Shown here in pieces: positions 25,101 through 39,410 of a stretch of DNA of 64,000 bases (its first letter is position 1; each line of letters opens with the position of its first letter). This DNA comes from Antedon mediterranea (taxonomy: Eukaryota; Animalia; Echinodermata). The notes below the pieces were generated by a model, which made no database searches, was not told where the DNA came from, and was given only the letters and a program-made list of their open reading frames with translations. Both the position numbers and the translations under genes were made by a program. The stretch spans positions 10,786,352 through 10,850,351 of the forward strand of contig NC_092678.1 in NCBI RefSeq assembly GCF_964355755.1, in the 5' to 3' direction.

Positions 25101-28100
25101 CTGTTAAAAAGTATTTTCGAAAATCACAAAATGGTCTAAAACGTCTCCAAATGCAATTTGAAGCTATTCTGTACACTTTGATGTTTTGTGTGAAAAAGTT
25201 TTGTCAAAATGCTCAAAATGGTCTAAAACGTTTTTAAAACGATATTAAGCTATTTTGTGCTCTTTGATGTTTTTGTATAACCAAGTTTTTTCGAAAATCA
25301 CAAAATGGTCTAAAACGTCTCCAAATGCGATTTGAAGCTTTTCTAAACACTTTGGTGTTTTTATGTTAACAAGTTTTTTCGAAAATCACAAAATGGTCTA
25401 AAACGTCTCCAAATCCGATTTGAAGCTATTCTGTACACTTTGATGTTTTGTGTGAAAAAGTTTTGTCGAAATGCTCAAAATGGTCTAAAACGTTTTTAAA
25501 ACGATATTAAGCTATTTTGTGCTCTTTGATGTTTTTGTGTAACCAAGTTTCATCGATATGAACAAAATGGTCTAAAACGTCTCAAAATGCGATTTGAAGG
25601 TATTCTGAGCACTTTGGTGTTTTTGGGTGAAAAGTTTTAACGAAATGCTCAAAATGGTCTAAAACGGTTTCTAATGTGATTTTAAGCACTTTGAAGTATT
25701 TGTAAAAACAAGTTTCATCGAAATGCACAAAATAGTCTAAAACGTCTCCAAATGCGATTTGAAGCTTTTCTAAGCACTTTGGTGTTTTTATGTTAACAAG
25801 TTTTTTCGAAAATCACAAAATGGTCTAAAACGTCTCCAAATGCGATTTGAAGATATTCTGAGCACTTTGGTGTTTTTATGTTAAAAAGTATTTTCGAAAA
25901 TCACAAAATGGTCTAAAACGTCTCCAAATGCGATTTGAAGCTCTTCTGTACACTTTGATGTTTTGTGTGAAAAAGTTTAGTCGAAATGCTCAAAATGGTC
26001 TAAAACGTTTTTAAAACGATATTAAGCTATTTTGTGCTCTTTGATGTTTTTGTGTAACCAAGTTTCATCGAAAATCACAAAATGGTCTAAAACGTCTCCA
26101 AATGCGATTTGAAGATATTCTGAGCACTTTGGTGTTTTTATGTTAACAAGTTTTTTCGAAAATCACAAAATGGTCTAAAACGTCTCCAAATGCGATTTGA
26201 AGATATTCTGAGCACTTTGGTGTTTTTATGTTAAAAAGTTTTTTCGAAAATCACAAAATGGTCTAAAACGTCTCCAAATGCGATTTGAAGCTATTCTATA
26301 CACTTTGATGTTTTGTGTTAAAAAGTTTTGTCGAAATGCTCAAAATGGTTTAAAACGTTTTTAAAACGATATTAAGCTATTTTGTGCTCTTTGATGTTTT
26401 TGTGTAACCAAGTTTCATCGAAATGAACAAAATGGTCTAAAACGTCTCCAAATGCGATTTGAAGCTTTTCCAAGCACTTTGCTGTTTTTATGTTAACAAG
26501 TTTTTTCGAAAATCACAAAATTGTCTAAAACGTCTCAAAATGCGATTTGAAGGTATTCTGAGCACTTTGGTGTTTTTGTGTGAAAAGTTTTAACGAAAAG
26601 CTCAAAATGGTCTAAAACGGTTCTAATGTGATTTTAAGCACTTTGATGTTTTTGTACAACCAAGTTTCATCGAAATGCTCAAAATGGTCTAAAACGTTTT
26701 TAAAACGATATTAAGCTATTTTGTGCTCTTTGATGTTTTTGTGTAACCAAGTTTTTTCGAAAATCACAAAATGGTCTAAAACGTCTCCAAATGCGATTTG
26801 AAGCTTTTCTAAGCACTTTGGTGTTTTTATGTTAACAAGTTTTTTCGAAAATCACAAAATGGTCTAAAACGTCTCAAAATGCGATTTGAAGGTATTCTGA
26901 GCACTTTGGTGTTTTTGTGTGAAAAGTTTTAACGAAATGCTCAAAATGGTCTAAAACGGTTTCTAATGTGATTTTAACCACTTTGATGTTTTTGTGTAAC
27001 CAAGTTCTTTTCGAAAATCACAAAATGGTCTAAAACGTCTCCAAATGCGATTTGAAGCTTTTCTAAGCACTTTAGTGTTTTTATGTTAACAAGTTTTTTC
27101 GAAAATCACAAAATGGTCTAAAACGTCTCAAAATGCGATTTGAAGGTATTCTGAGCACTTTGGTGTTTTTGTGTGAAAAGTTTTAACGAAATGCTCAAAA
27201 TGGTCTAAAACGGTTTCTAATGTGATTTTAACCACTTTGATGTTTTTGTGTAACCAAGTTCTTTTCGAAAATCACAAAATGGTCTAAAACGTCTCCAAAT
27301 GCGATTTGAAGCTCTTCTGTACACTTTGATGTTTTGTGTGAAAAAGTTTTGTCGAAATGCTCAAAATGGTCTAAAACGTTTTTAAATACGATATTAAGCT
27401 GTTTTGTGCACTTTGATGATTTGTGTGAAAAGTTTTAACGAAATGCTCAAAATAGTCTATAACGGTTTCTAATGTGATTTTAAGCACTTTGATGTTTTTG
27501 TGTAATCAAGTTTTTTTGGAAATCACAAAATGGTCTAAAACGTCTCCAAATGCGATTTGAAGCTTTTCTAAGCACTTTGGTGTTTTTATGTTAACAAGTT
27601 TTTTCGAAAATCACAAAATGGTCTAAAACGTCTCAAAATGCGATTTGAAGGTATTCTGAGCACTTTGGTGTTTTTGTGTGAAAAGTTTTAACGAAATGCT
27701 CAAAATGGTCTAAAACGGTTTCTAATGTGATTTTAACCACTTTGATGTTTTTGTGTAACCAAGTTTTTTCGAAAATCACAAAATGGTCTAAAACGTCTCC
27801 AAATGCGATTTGAAGCTATTCTGTACACTTTGATGTTTTGTGTGAAAAAAGTTTTGTCGAAATGCTCAAAATGGTCTAAAACGTTTTTAAAACGATATTA
27901 AGCTATTTTATGCTCTTTGATGTTTTTGTGTAACCAAGTTTTTTCGAAAATCACAAAATTGTCTAAAACGTCTCCGAATGCGATTTGAAGCTCTTCTGTA
28001 CACTTTGATGTTTTGTGTGAAAAAGTTTTCTCGAAATGCTAAAAATGGTATAAAAACGTTTTCCAATACCATATTAAGCTATTTTGTGCAATTTGATGTT

Positions 28101-29620
28101 TTTGTGTAACCAAGTTTTTTCGAAAATCACAAAATTGTCTAAAACGTCTCCGAATGCGATTTGAAGCTCTTCTGTACACTTTGATGTTTTGTGTGAAAAA
28201 GTTTTCTCGAAATGCTAAAATTGGTCTAAAACGTTTTCCAATACCATATTAAGCTATTTTGTGCAATTTGATGTTTTTGTGTAACAAAGTTTTTTCGAAA
28301 ATCACAAAATGGTCTAAAACGTCTCCAAATGCGATTTGAAGATATTCTGAGCACTTTGGTGTTTTTATGTTAAAAAGTTTTTTGGAAAATCACAAAATGG
28401 TCTAAAACGACTCCAAATGCGATTTGAAGCTATCCTGTACACTTTGATGTTTTGTGTGAAAAAGTTTTGTCGAAATGCTCAAAATGATCTAAAACGTTTT
28501 TAAAACGATATTAAGCTATTTTGTGCTCTTTGATGTTTTTGTGTATCCAAGTTTCATCGAAATGAACAAAATGGTCTAAAACGTCTCCAAATGCGATTTG
28601 AAGGTATTCTGAGCACTTTGGTGTTTTTGTGTGAAAAGTTTTAACGAAATGCTCAAAATGGTCTAAAACGGTTTCTAATGTGATTTTAACCACTTTGATG
28701 TTTTTGTGTAACCAAGTTCTTTTCGAAAATCACAAAATGGTCTAAAACGTCTCCAAATGCGATTTGAAGCTTTTCTAAGCACTTTGGTGTTTTTATGTTA
28801 AAAAGTTTTTTCGAAAATCACAAAATGGTCTAAAACGTCTCCAAATGCGATATGAAGCTCTTCTGTACACTTTGATGTTTTGTGTGAAAAAGTTTTGTCG
28901 AAATGCTCAAAATGGTCTAAAACGTTTTTAAATACGATATTAAGCTGTTTTGTGCACTTTGATGATTTGTGTGAAAAGTTTTAACGAAATGTTCAAAATA
29001 GTCTAAAACGGTTTCTAATGTGATTTTAAGCACTTTGATGTTTTTGTGTAACCAAGTTTTTTCGGAAATCACAAAATGGTCTAAAACGTCTCAAAATGCG
29101 ATTTGAAGCTTTTCTAAGCACTTTGGTGTTTTTATGTTAACAAGTTTTTTCGAAAATCACAAAATGGTCTAAAACGTCTCAAAATGCGATTGAAGGTATT
29201 CTGAGCACTTTGGTGTTTTTGTGTGAAAAGTTTTAACGAAATGCTCAAAATGGTCTAAAACGGTTCTAATGTGATTTTAAGCACTTTGATGTTTTTGTAT
29301 AACCAAGTTTCATCGAAATGCTCAAAATGATGTAAAACGTTTTAAAAACGATATTAAGCTATTTTGTGCTCTTTGATGTTTTTGTGTAACCAAGTTTTTT
29401 CGAAAATCACAAAATGGTCTAAAACGTCTCCAAATGCGATTTGAAGCTTTTCTAAGCACTTTGGTGTTTTTATGTTAACAAGTTTTTTCGAAAATCACAA
29501 AATGGTCTAAAACGTCTCAAAATGCGATTTGAAGGTATTCTGAGCACTTTGGTGTTTTTGTGTGAAAAGTTTTAACGAAATGCTCAAAATGGTCTAAAAC
29601 GGTTTCTAATGTGATTTTAA
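10180..29620 (+). repeat. ~4.46-kb higher-order repeat domain (approximate limits)
   Basis: Rare variant TCCGATTTG at 10581, 15041, 20957, 25415 (spacings 4460, 5916, 4458). GGTATAAAAACG at 12708, 18623, 23081, 28047. Confidence 0.85.
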
Positions 29621-32600
29621 CCACTTTGATGTTTTTGTGTAACCAAGTTTTTTCGAAAATCACAAAATGGTCTAAAACGTCTCCAAATGCGATTTGAAGC
29701 TTTTCTAAGCACTTTGGTGTTTTTATGTTAACAAGTTTTTTCGAAAATCACAAAATGGTCTAAAACGTCTCAAATAGCGATTTGAAGCTATTCTGTACAC
29801 TTTGATGTATTGTGTGAAAAAAGTTTTGTCGAAATGCTCAAAATGGTCTAAAACGTTTTTAAAACGATATTAAGCTATTTTGTGCTCTTTGATGTTTTTG
29901 TGTAACCAAGTTTTATCGAAATGAACAAAATGGTCTAAAACGTCTCCAAATGCGATTTGAAGCTTTTCCAAGCACTTTGCTGTTTTTATGTTAACAAGTT
30001 TTTTCGAAAATCACAAAATGGTCTAAAACATCTCCAAATGCGATTTGAAGATATTCTGAGCACTTTGGTGTTTTTATGTTAAAAAGTTTTTTCGAAAATC
30101 ACAAAATGGTCTAAAACGTCTCCAAATGCGATTTGAAGCTCTTCTGTACACTTTGATGTTTTGTGTGAAAAAGTTTTGTCAAAATGCTCAAAATGGTCTA
30201 AAACGTTTTTAAAACGATATTAAGCTATTTTGTGCTCTTTGATGTTTTTGTATAACCAAGTTTTTTCGAAAATCACAAAATGGTCTAAAACGTCTCCAAA
30301 TGCGATTTGAAGATATTCTGAGCACTTTGGTGTTTTTATGTTAAAAAGTTTTTTCGAAAATCACAAAATGGTCTAAAACGTCTCCAAATGCGATTTGAAG
30401 ATATTCTGAGCACTTTGGTGTTTTTATGTTAAAAAGTTTTTTCGAAAATCACAAAATGGTCTAAAACGTCTCCAAATGCGATTTGAAGCTATTCTATACA
30501 CTTTGATGTTTTGTGTTAAAAAGTTTTGTCGAAATGCTCAAAATGGTTTAAAACGTTTTTAAAACGATATTAAGCTATTTTGTGCTCTTTGATGTTTTTG
30601 TGTAACCAAGTTTCATCGAAATGAACAAAATGGTCTAAAACGTCTCCAAATGCGATTTGAAGCTTTTCCAAGCACTTTGCTGTTTTTATGTTAACAAGTT
30701 TTTTCGAAAATCACAAAATTGTCTAAAACGTCTCAAAATGCGATTTGAAGGTATTCTGAGCACTTTGGTGTTTTTGTGTGAAAAGTTTTAACGAAAAGCT
30801 CAAAATGGTCTAAAACGGTTCTAATGTGATTTTAAGCACTTTGATGTTTTTGTACAACCAAGTTTCATCGAAATGCTCAAAATGGTCTAAAACGTTTTTA
30901 AAACGATATTAAGCTATTTTGTGCTCTTTGATGTTTTTGTGTAACCAAGTTTTTTCGAAAATCACAAAATGGTCTAAAACGTCTCCAAATGCGATTTGAA
31001 GCTTTTCTAAGCACTTTGGTGTTTTTATGTTAACAAGTTTTTTCGAAAATCACAAAATGGTCTAAAACGTCTCAAAATGCGATTTGAAGGTATTCTGAGC
31101 ACTTTGGTGTTTTTGTGTGAAAAGTTTTAACGAAATGCTCAAAATGGTCTAAAACGGTTTCTAATGTGATTTTAACCACTTTGATGTTTTTGTGTAACCA
31201 AGTTCTTTTCGAAAATCACAAAATGGTCTAAAACGTCTCCAAATGCGATTTGAAGCTTTTCTAAGCACTTTGGTGTTTTTATGTTAACAAGTTTTTTCGA
31301 AAATCACAAAATGGTCTAAAACGTCTCAAAATGCGATTTGAAGGTATTCTGAGCACTTTGGTGTTTTTGTGTGAAAAGTTTTAACGAAATGCTCAAAATG
31401 GTCTAAAACGGTTTCTAATGTGATTTTAACCACTTTGATGTTTTTGTGTAACCAAGTTTTTTCGAAAATCACAAAATGGTCTAAAACGTCTCCAAATGCG
31501 ATTTGAAGCTTTTCTAAGCACTTTGGTGTTTTTATGTTAACAAGTTTTTTCGAAAATCACAAAATGGTCTAAAACGTCTCCAAATGCGATTTGAAGCTAT
31601 TCTGTACACTTTGATGTTTTGTGTGAAAAGTTTTAACGAAATGCTCAAAATTGTCTAAAACGATTTCTAATGTGATTTTAAGCACTTTGATGTTTTTGTA
31701 AAACCAAGTTTCATCGAAATGCACAAAATGGTCTAAAACGTCTCCAAATGCGATTTGAAGCTTTTCCAAGCACTTTGGTGTTTTTATGTTAACAAGGTTT
31801 TTCGAAAATCACAAAATGGTCTAAAACGTCTCCAAATGCGATTTGAAGCTTTTCCAAGCACTTTGCTGTTTTTATGTTAACAAGTTTTTTCGAAAATCAC
31901 AAAATGGTCTAAAACGTCTCAAAATACGATATTAAGCTGTTTTGTGCACTTTGATGATTTGTGTGAAAAGTTTTAACGAAATGCTCAAAATGGTCTAAAA
32001 CGGTTTCTAATGTGATTTTAAGCACTTTGATTTTTTTATGTAGCCAAGTTTTTTCGAAAATCACAAAATGGTCAAAAACGTCTCCAAATGCGATTTGAAG
32101 CTTTTCTAAGCACTTTGGTTTTTTTATGTTAACAAGTTTTTTCGAAAATCACAAAATGGTCTAAAACGTCTTCAAATGCGATTTGAAGATATTCTGAGCA
32201 CTTTGGTGTTTTTCTGTTAAAAAGTTTTTTCGAAAATCACAAAATGGTCTAAAACGTCTCCAAATGCGATTTGAAGCTCTTCTGTACACTTTGATGTTTT
32301 GTGTGAAAAAGTTTAGTCGAAATGCTCAAAATGGTCTAAAACGTTTTTAAAACGATATTAAGCTATTTTGTGCTCTTTGATGTTTTTGTGTAACCAAGTT
32401 TCATCGAAATGAACAAAATGGTCTAAAACGTCTCCAAATGCGATTTGAAGCTTTTCCAAGCACTTCGCTGTTTTTATGTTAACAAGTTTTTTCGAAACTC
32501 ACAAAATGGTCTAAAACGTCTCAAAATGCGATTTGAAGGTATTCTGAGCACTTTGGTGTTTTTGTGTGAAAAGTTTTAACGAAATGCTCAAAATGGTCTA

Positions 32601-35600
32601 AAACGGTTTCTAATGTGATTTTAAGCACTTTGATGTTTTTGTATAACCAAGTTTCATCGAAATGCAAAAAAATGGTCTGAAACGTCTCCAAATGCGATTT
32701 GAAGCTTTTCTAAGCACTTTGGTGTTTTTATGTTAACAAGGTTTTTCGAAAATCACAAAATGGTCTAAAACGTCTCCAAATGCGATTTGAAGATATTCTG
32801 AGCACTTTGGTGTTTTTATGTTAAAAAGTTTTTTCGAAAATCACAAAATGGTCTAAAACGTCTCCAAATGCGATTTGAAGGTCTTCTGTACACTTTGATG
32901 TTTTGTGTGAAAAAGTTTTGTCAAAATGCTCAAAATGGTCTAAAACGTTTTTAAAACGATATTAAGCTATTTTGTGCTCTTTGATGTTTTTGTATAACCA
33001 AGTTTTTTCGAAAATCACAAAATGGTCTAAAACGTCTCCAAATGCGATTTGAAGCTTTTCCAAGCACTTTGCTGTTTTTATGTTAACAAGTTTTTTCGAA
33101 AATCACAAAATGGTCTAAAACGTCTCAAAATACGATATTAAGCTGTTTTGTGCACTTTGATGATTTGTGTGAAAAGTTTTAACGAAATGCTCAAAATGGT
33201 CTAAAACGGTTTCTAATGTGATTTTAAGCACTTTGATGTTTTTATGTAGCCAAGTTTTTTCGAAAATCACAAAATGGTCTAAAACGTCTCCAAATGCGAT
33301 TTGAAGCTTTTCTAAGCACTTTGGTGTTTTTATGTTAACAAGTTTTTTCGAAAATCACAAAATGGTCTAAAACGTCTTCAAAAGCGATTTGAAGATATTC
33401 TGAGCACTTTGGTGTTTTTCTGTTAAAAAGTATTTTCGAAAATCACAAAATGGTCTAAAACGTCTCCAAAATGCGATTTGAAGCTATTCTGTACACTTTG
33501 ATGTTTTGTGTGAAAAAGTTTTGTCAAAATGCTCAAAATGGTCTAAAACGTTTTTAAAACGATATTAAGCTATTTTGTGCTCTTTGATGTTTTTGTATAA
33601 CCAAGTTTTTTCGAAAATCACAAAATGGTCTAAAACGTCTCCAAATGCGATTTGAAGCTTTTCCAAGCACTTTGCTGTTTTTATGTTAACAATTTTTTTC
33701 GAAAATCATAAAATGGTCTAAAACGTCTCCAAATGCGATTTGAAGCTATTCTGTACACTTTGATGTTTTGTGTGAAAAAGTTTTGTCGAAATTCTCAAAA
33801 TGGTCTAAAACGTTTTTAAAACGATATTAAGCTATTTTGTGCTCTTTGATGTTTTTGTGTAACCAAGTTTCATCGAAATGAACAAAATGGTCTAAAACGT
33901 CTCCAAATGCGATTTCAAGCTTTTCTAAGCACTTTGGTGTTTTTATGTTAACAAGTTTTTTCGAAAATCACAAAATGGTCTAAAACGTCTCTAAATGCGA
34001 TTTGAAGATATTCTGAGCACTTTGCTGTTTTTATGTTAACAAGTTTTTTCGAAAATCACAAAATGGTCTAAAACGTCTCAAAATGCGATTTGAAGGTATT
34101 CTGAGCACTTTGGTGTTTTTGTGTGAAAAGTTTTAACGAAATGCTCAAAATGGTCTAAAACGGTTCTAATGTGATTTTAAGGACTTTGATGTTTTTGTAT
34201 AACCAAGTTTCATCGAAATGCACAAAATGGTCTAAAACGTCTCCAAATGCGATTTAAAGCTATTCTAGACACTTTGATGTTTTGTGTGAAAAAGTTTTCT
34301 CGAAATTCTCAAAATGGTCTAAAACGTTTTCCAATACCATATTAAGCTATTTTGTGCAATTTGATGTTTTTGTGTAACCAAGTTTTTTCGAAAATCACAA
34401 AATTGTCTAAAACGTCTCCGAATGCGATTTAAAGCTCTTCTGTACACTTTGATGTTTTGTGTGAAAAAGTTTTGTCGAAATGCTCAAAATGGTCTAAAAC
34501 GTTTTTAAATACGATATTAAGCTGTTTTGTGCACTTTGATGATTTGTGTGAAAAGTTTTAACGAAATGCTCAAAATGGTCTAAAACGGTTTCTAATGTGA
34601 TTTTAAGCTCTTTGATGTTTTTGTGTAACCAAGTTTTTTCGAAAATCACAAAATGGTCTAAAACGTCTCCAAATGCGATTTGAAGCTTTTCTAAGCACTT
34701 TGGTGTTTTTATGTTAACAAGTTTTTTCGAAAATCACAAAATGGTCTAAAACGTCTCTAAATGCGATTTGAAGATATTCTGAGCACTTTGGTGTTTTTAT
34801 GTTAAAACGTTTTTTCGAAAATCACAAAATGGTCTAAAACGTCTCCAAATGCGATTTGAAGCTATTCTGTACACTTTGATGTTTTGTGTGAAAAAGTTTT
34901 AACGAAATGCTCAAAATGGTCTAAAACGGTTCTAATGTGATTTTAAGCACTTTGATGTTTTTGTATAACCAAGTTTCATCGAAATGAACAAAATGGTCTA
35001 AAACGTCTCCAAATGCGATTTGAAGCTTTTCCAAGCACTTTGCTGTTTTTATGTTAACAAGTTTTTTCGAAAATCACAAAATGGTCTAAAACGTCTCAAA
35101 ATGCGATTTGAAGGTATTATGAGCACTTTGGTGTTTTTGTGTGAAAAGTTTTAACGAAATGCTCAAAATGGTCTAAAACGGTTCTAATGTGATTTTAAGC
35201 ACTTTGATGTTTTTGTATAACCAAGTTTCATCGAAATGCACAAAATGGTCTAAAACGTCTCCAAATGCGATTTAAAGCTATTCTAGACACTTTGATGTTT
35301 TGTGTGAAAAAGTTTTTCTCGAAATGCTCAAAATGGTCTAAAACGTTTTCCAATACCATATTAAGCTATTTTGTGCAATTTGATGTTTTTGTGTAACCAA
35401 GTTTTTTGAAATGCGATTTGAAGATATTCTGAGCACTTTGGTGTTTTTATGTTAAAAAGTTTTTTCGAAAATCACAAAATGGTCTAAAACGTCTCCAAAT
35501 GCGATTTGAAGCTATTCTGTACACTTTGATGTTTTGTGTGAAAAAGTTTTAACGAAATGCTCAAAATGGTCTAAAACGGTTTCTAATGTGATTTTAAGCA

Positions 35601-38600
35601 CTTTGATGTTTTTGTGTAACCAAGTTTTTTCGAAAATCACAAAATGGTCTAAAACTTCTCCAAATGCGATTTGAAGCTTTTCTAAGCACTTTGGTGTTTT
35701 TATGTTAAAAAGTTTTTTCGAAAATCACAAAATGGTCTAAAACGTCTCCAAATGCGATTTGAAGCTATTCTGTACACTTTGATGTTTTGTGTGAAAAAGT
35801 TTTGTCGAAATGCTCAAAATGGTCTAAAACGATTTTAAAACGATATTAAGCTATTTTGTGCTCTTTGATGTTTTTGTGAAACCAAGTTTCATCGATATGA
35901 ACAAAATGGTCTAAAACGTCTCAAAATGCGATTTGAAGGTATTCTGAGCACTTTGGTGTTTTTGTGTGAAAAGTTTTAACGAAATGCTCAAAATGGTCTA
36001 AAACGGTTTCTAATGTGATTTTAACCACTTTGATGTTTTTGTGTAACCAAGTTTTTTCGAAAATCACAAAATGGTCTAAAACGTCTCCAAATGCGATTTG
36101 AAGCTTTTCTAAGCACTTTGGTGTTTTTATGTTAACAAGTTTTTTCGAAAATCACAAAATGGTCTAAAACGTCTCCAAATGCGATTTGAAGCTATTCTGT
36201 ACACTTTGATGTTTTGTGTGAAAAGTTTTAACGAAATGCTCAAAATTGTCTAAAACGATTTCTAATGTGATTTTAAGCACTTTGATGTTTTTGTAAAACC
36301 AAGTTTCATCGAAATGCACAAAATGGTCTAAAACGTCTCCAAATGCGATTTGAAGCTTTTCCAAGCACTTTGGTGTTTTTATGTTAACAAGGTTTTTCGA
36401 AAATCACAAAATGGTCTAAAACGTCTCCAAATGCGATTTGAAGCTTTTCCAAGCACTTTGCTGTTTTTATGTTAACAAGTTTTTTCGAAAATCACAAAAT
36501 GGTCTAAAACGTCTCAAAATACGATATTAAGCTGTTTTGTGCACTTTGATGATTTGTGTGAAAAGTTTTAACGAAATGCTCAAAATGGTCTAAAACGGTT
36601 TCTAATGTGATTTTAAGCACTTTGATTTTTTTATGTAGCCAAGTTTTTTCGAAAATCACAAAATGGTCAAAAACGTCTCCAAATGCGATTTGAAGCTTTT
36701 CTAAGCACTTTGGTTTTTTTATGTTAACAAGTTTTTTCGAAAATCACAAAATGGTCTAAAACGTCTTCAAATGCGATTTGAAGATATTCTGAGCACTTTG
36801 GTGTTTTTCTGTTAAAAAGTATTTTCGAAAATCACAAAATGGCCTAAAACGTCTCCAAATGCGATTTGAAGCTATTCTGTACACTTTGATGTTTTGTGTG
36901 AAAAAGTTTTGTCAAAATGCTCAAAATGGTCTAAAACGTTTTTAAAACGATATTAAGCTATTTTGTGCTCTTTGATGTTTTTGTGTAACCAAGTTTTTTC
37001 GAAAATCACAAAATGGTCTAAAACGTCTCCAAATGCGATTTGAAGCTTTTCTAAGCACTTTGGTGTTTTTATGTTAACAAGTTTTTTCGAAAATCATAAA
37101 ATGGTCTAAAACGTCTCAAAATGCGATTTGAAGGTATTCTGAGCACTTTGGTGTTTTTGTGTGAAAAGTTTTAACGAAATGCTCAAAATGGTCTAAAACG
37201 GTTTCTAATGTGATTTTAACCACTTTGATGTTTTTGTGTAACCAAGTTCTTTTCGAAAATCACAAAATGGTCTAAAACGTCTCCAAATGCGATTTGAAGC
37301 TTTTCTAAGCACTTTGGTGTTTTTATGTTAACAAGTTTTTTCGAAAATCACAAAATGGTCTAAAACGTCTCAAAATGCGATTTGAAGGTATTCTGAGCAC
37401 TTTGGTGTTTTTGTGTGAAAAGTTTTAACGAAATGCTCAAAATGGTCTAAAACGGTTTCTAATGTGATTTTAAGCACTTTGAAGTATTTGTAAAAACAAG
37501 TTTCATCGAAATGCACAAAATAGTCTAAAACGTCTCCAAATGCGATTTGAAGCTTTTCTAAGCACTTTGGTGTTTTTATGTTAACAAGTTTTTTCGAAAA
37601 TCACAAAATGGTCTAAAACGTCTCCAAATGCGATTTGAAGATATTCTGAGCACTTTGGTGTTTTTCTGTTAAAAAGTATTTTCGAAAATCACAAAATGGT
37701 CTAAAACGTCTCCAAATGCAATTTGAAGCTATTCTGTACACTTTGATGTTTTGTGTGAAAAAGTTTTGTCAAAATGCTCAAAATGGTCTAAAACGTTTTT
37801 AAAACGATATTAAGCTATTTTGTGCTCTTTGATGTTTTTGTATAACCAAGTTTTTTCGAAAATCACAAAATGGTCTAAAACGTCTCCAAATGCGATTTGA
37901 AGCTTTTCTAAGCACTTTGGTGTTTTTATGTTAACAAGTTTTTTCGAAAATCACAAAATGGTCTAAAACGTCTCCAAATGCGATTTGAAGCTATTCTGTA
38001 CACTTTGATGTTTTGTGTGAAAAGTTTTAACGAAATGCTCAAAATTGTCTAAAACGGTTTCTAATGTGATTTTAAGCACTTTGATGTTTTTGTAAAACCA
38101 AGTTTCATCGAAATGCACAAAATGGTCTAAAACGTCTCCAAATGCGATTTGAAGATATTCTGAGCACTTTGGTGTTTTTATGTTAAAAAGTTTTTTCGAA
38201 AATCACAAAATGGTCTAAAACGTCTCCAAATGCGATTTGAAGATATTCTGAGCACTTTGGTGTTTTTATGTTAAAAAGTTTTTTCGAAAATCACAAAATG
38301 GTCTAAAACGTCTCCAAATGCGATTTGAAGCTATTCTATACACTTTGATGTTTTGTGTGAAAAAGTTTTGTCGAAATGCTCAAAATGGTCTAAAACGTTT
38401 TTAAAACGATATTAAGCTATTTTGTGCTCTTTGATGTTTTTGTGTAACCAAGTTTTATCGAAATGAACAAAATGGTCTAAAATGTCTCCAAATGCGATTT
38501 GAAGCTTTTCCAAGCACTTTGCTGTTTTTATGTTAACAAGCTTTTTCGAAAATCACAAAATGGTCTAAAACGTCTCCAAATGCGATTTGAAGATATTCTG

Positions 38601-39410
38601 AGCACTTTGGTGTTTTTATGTTAAAAAGTTTTTTCGAAAATCACAAAATGGTCTAAAACGTCTCCAAATGCGATTTGAAGATATTCTGAGCACTTTGGTG
38701 TTTTTATGTTAAAAAGTTTTTTCGAAAATCACAAAATGGTCTAAAACGTCTCCAAATGCGATTTGAAGCTATTCTGTACACTTTGATGTTTTGTGTGAAA
38801 AAGTTTTGTCGAAATGCTCAAAATGGTTTAAAACGTTTTTAAAACGATATTAAGTTATTTTGTGCTCTTTGATGTTTTTGTGTAACCAAGTTTCATCGAA
38901 ATGAACAAAATGGTCTAAAACGTCTCCAAATGCGATTTGAAGCTTTTCCAAGCACTTTGCTGTTTTTATGTTAACAAGTTTTTTCGAAAATCACAAAATG
39001 GTGTAAAACGTCTCAAAATGCGATTTGAAGGTATTCTGAGCACTTTGGTGTTTTTGTGTGAAAAGTTTTAACGAAATGCTCAAAATGGTCTAAAACGGTT
39101 CTAATGTGATTTTAAGCTATTCTAGACACTTTGATGTTTTGTGTGAAAAAGTTTTCTCGAAATGCTCAAAATGGTCTAAAACGTTTTCCAATACCATATT
39201 AAGCTATTTTGTGCAATTTGATGTTTTTGTGTAACCAAGTTTTTTGAAATGCGATTTGAAGATATTCTGAGGACTTTGGTGTTTTTATGTTAAAAAGTTT
39301 TTTCGAAAATCACAAAATGGTCTAAAACGTCTCCAAATGCGATTTGAAGATATTCTGAGCACTTTGGTGTTTTTATGTTAAAAAGTATTTTCGAAAATCA
39401 CAAAATGGTC

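Larger units (their letters stand above)
7748..39410 (+). repeat. Satellite array (same family), forward orientation
   Basis: Continuous 76-88-bp monomers with occasional larger deletion variants. No foreign sequence seen. Confidence 0.98.
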
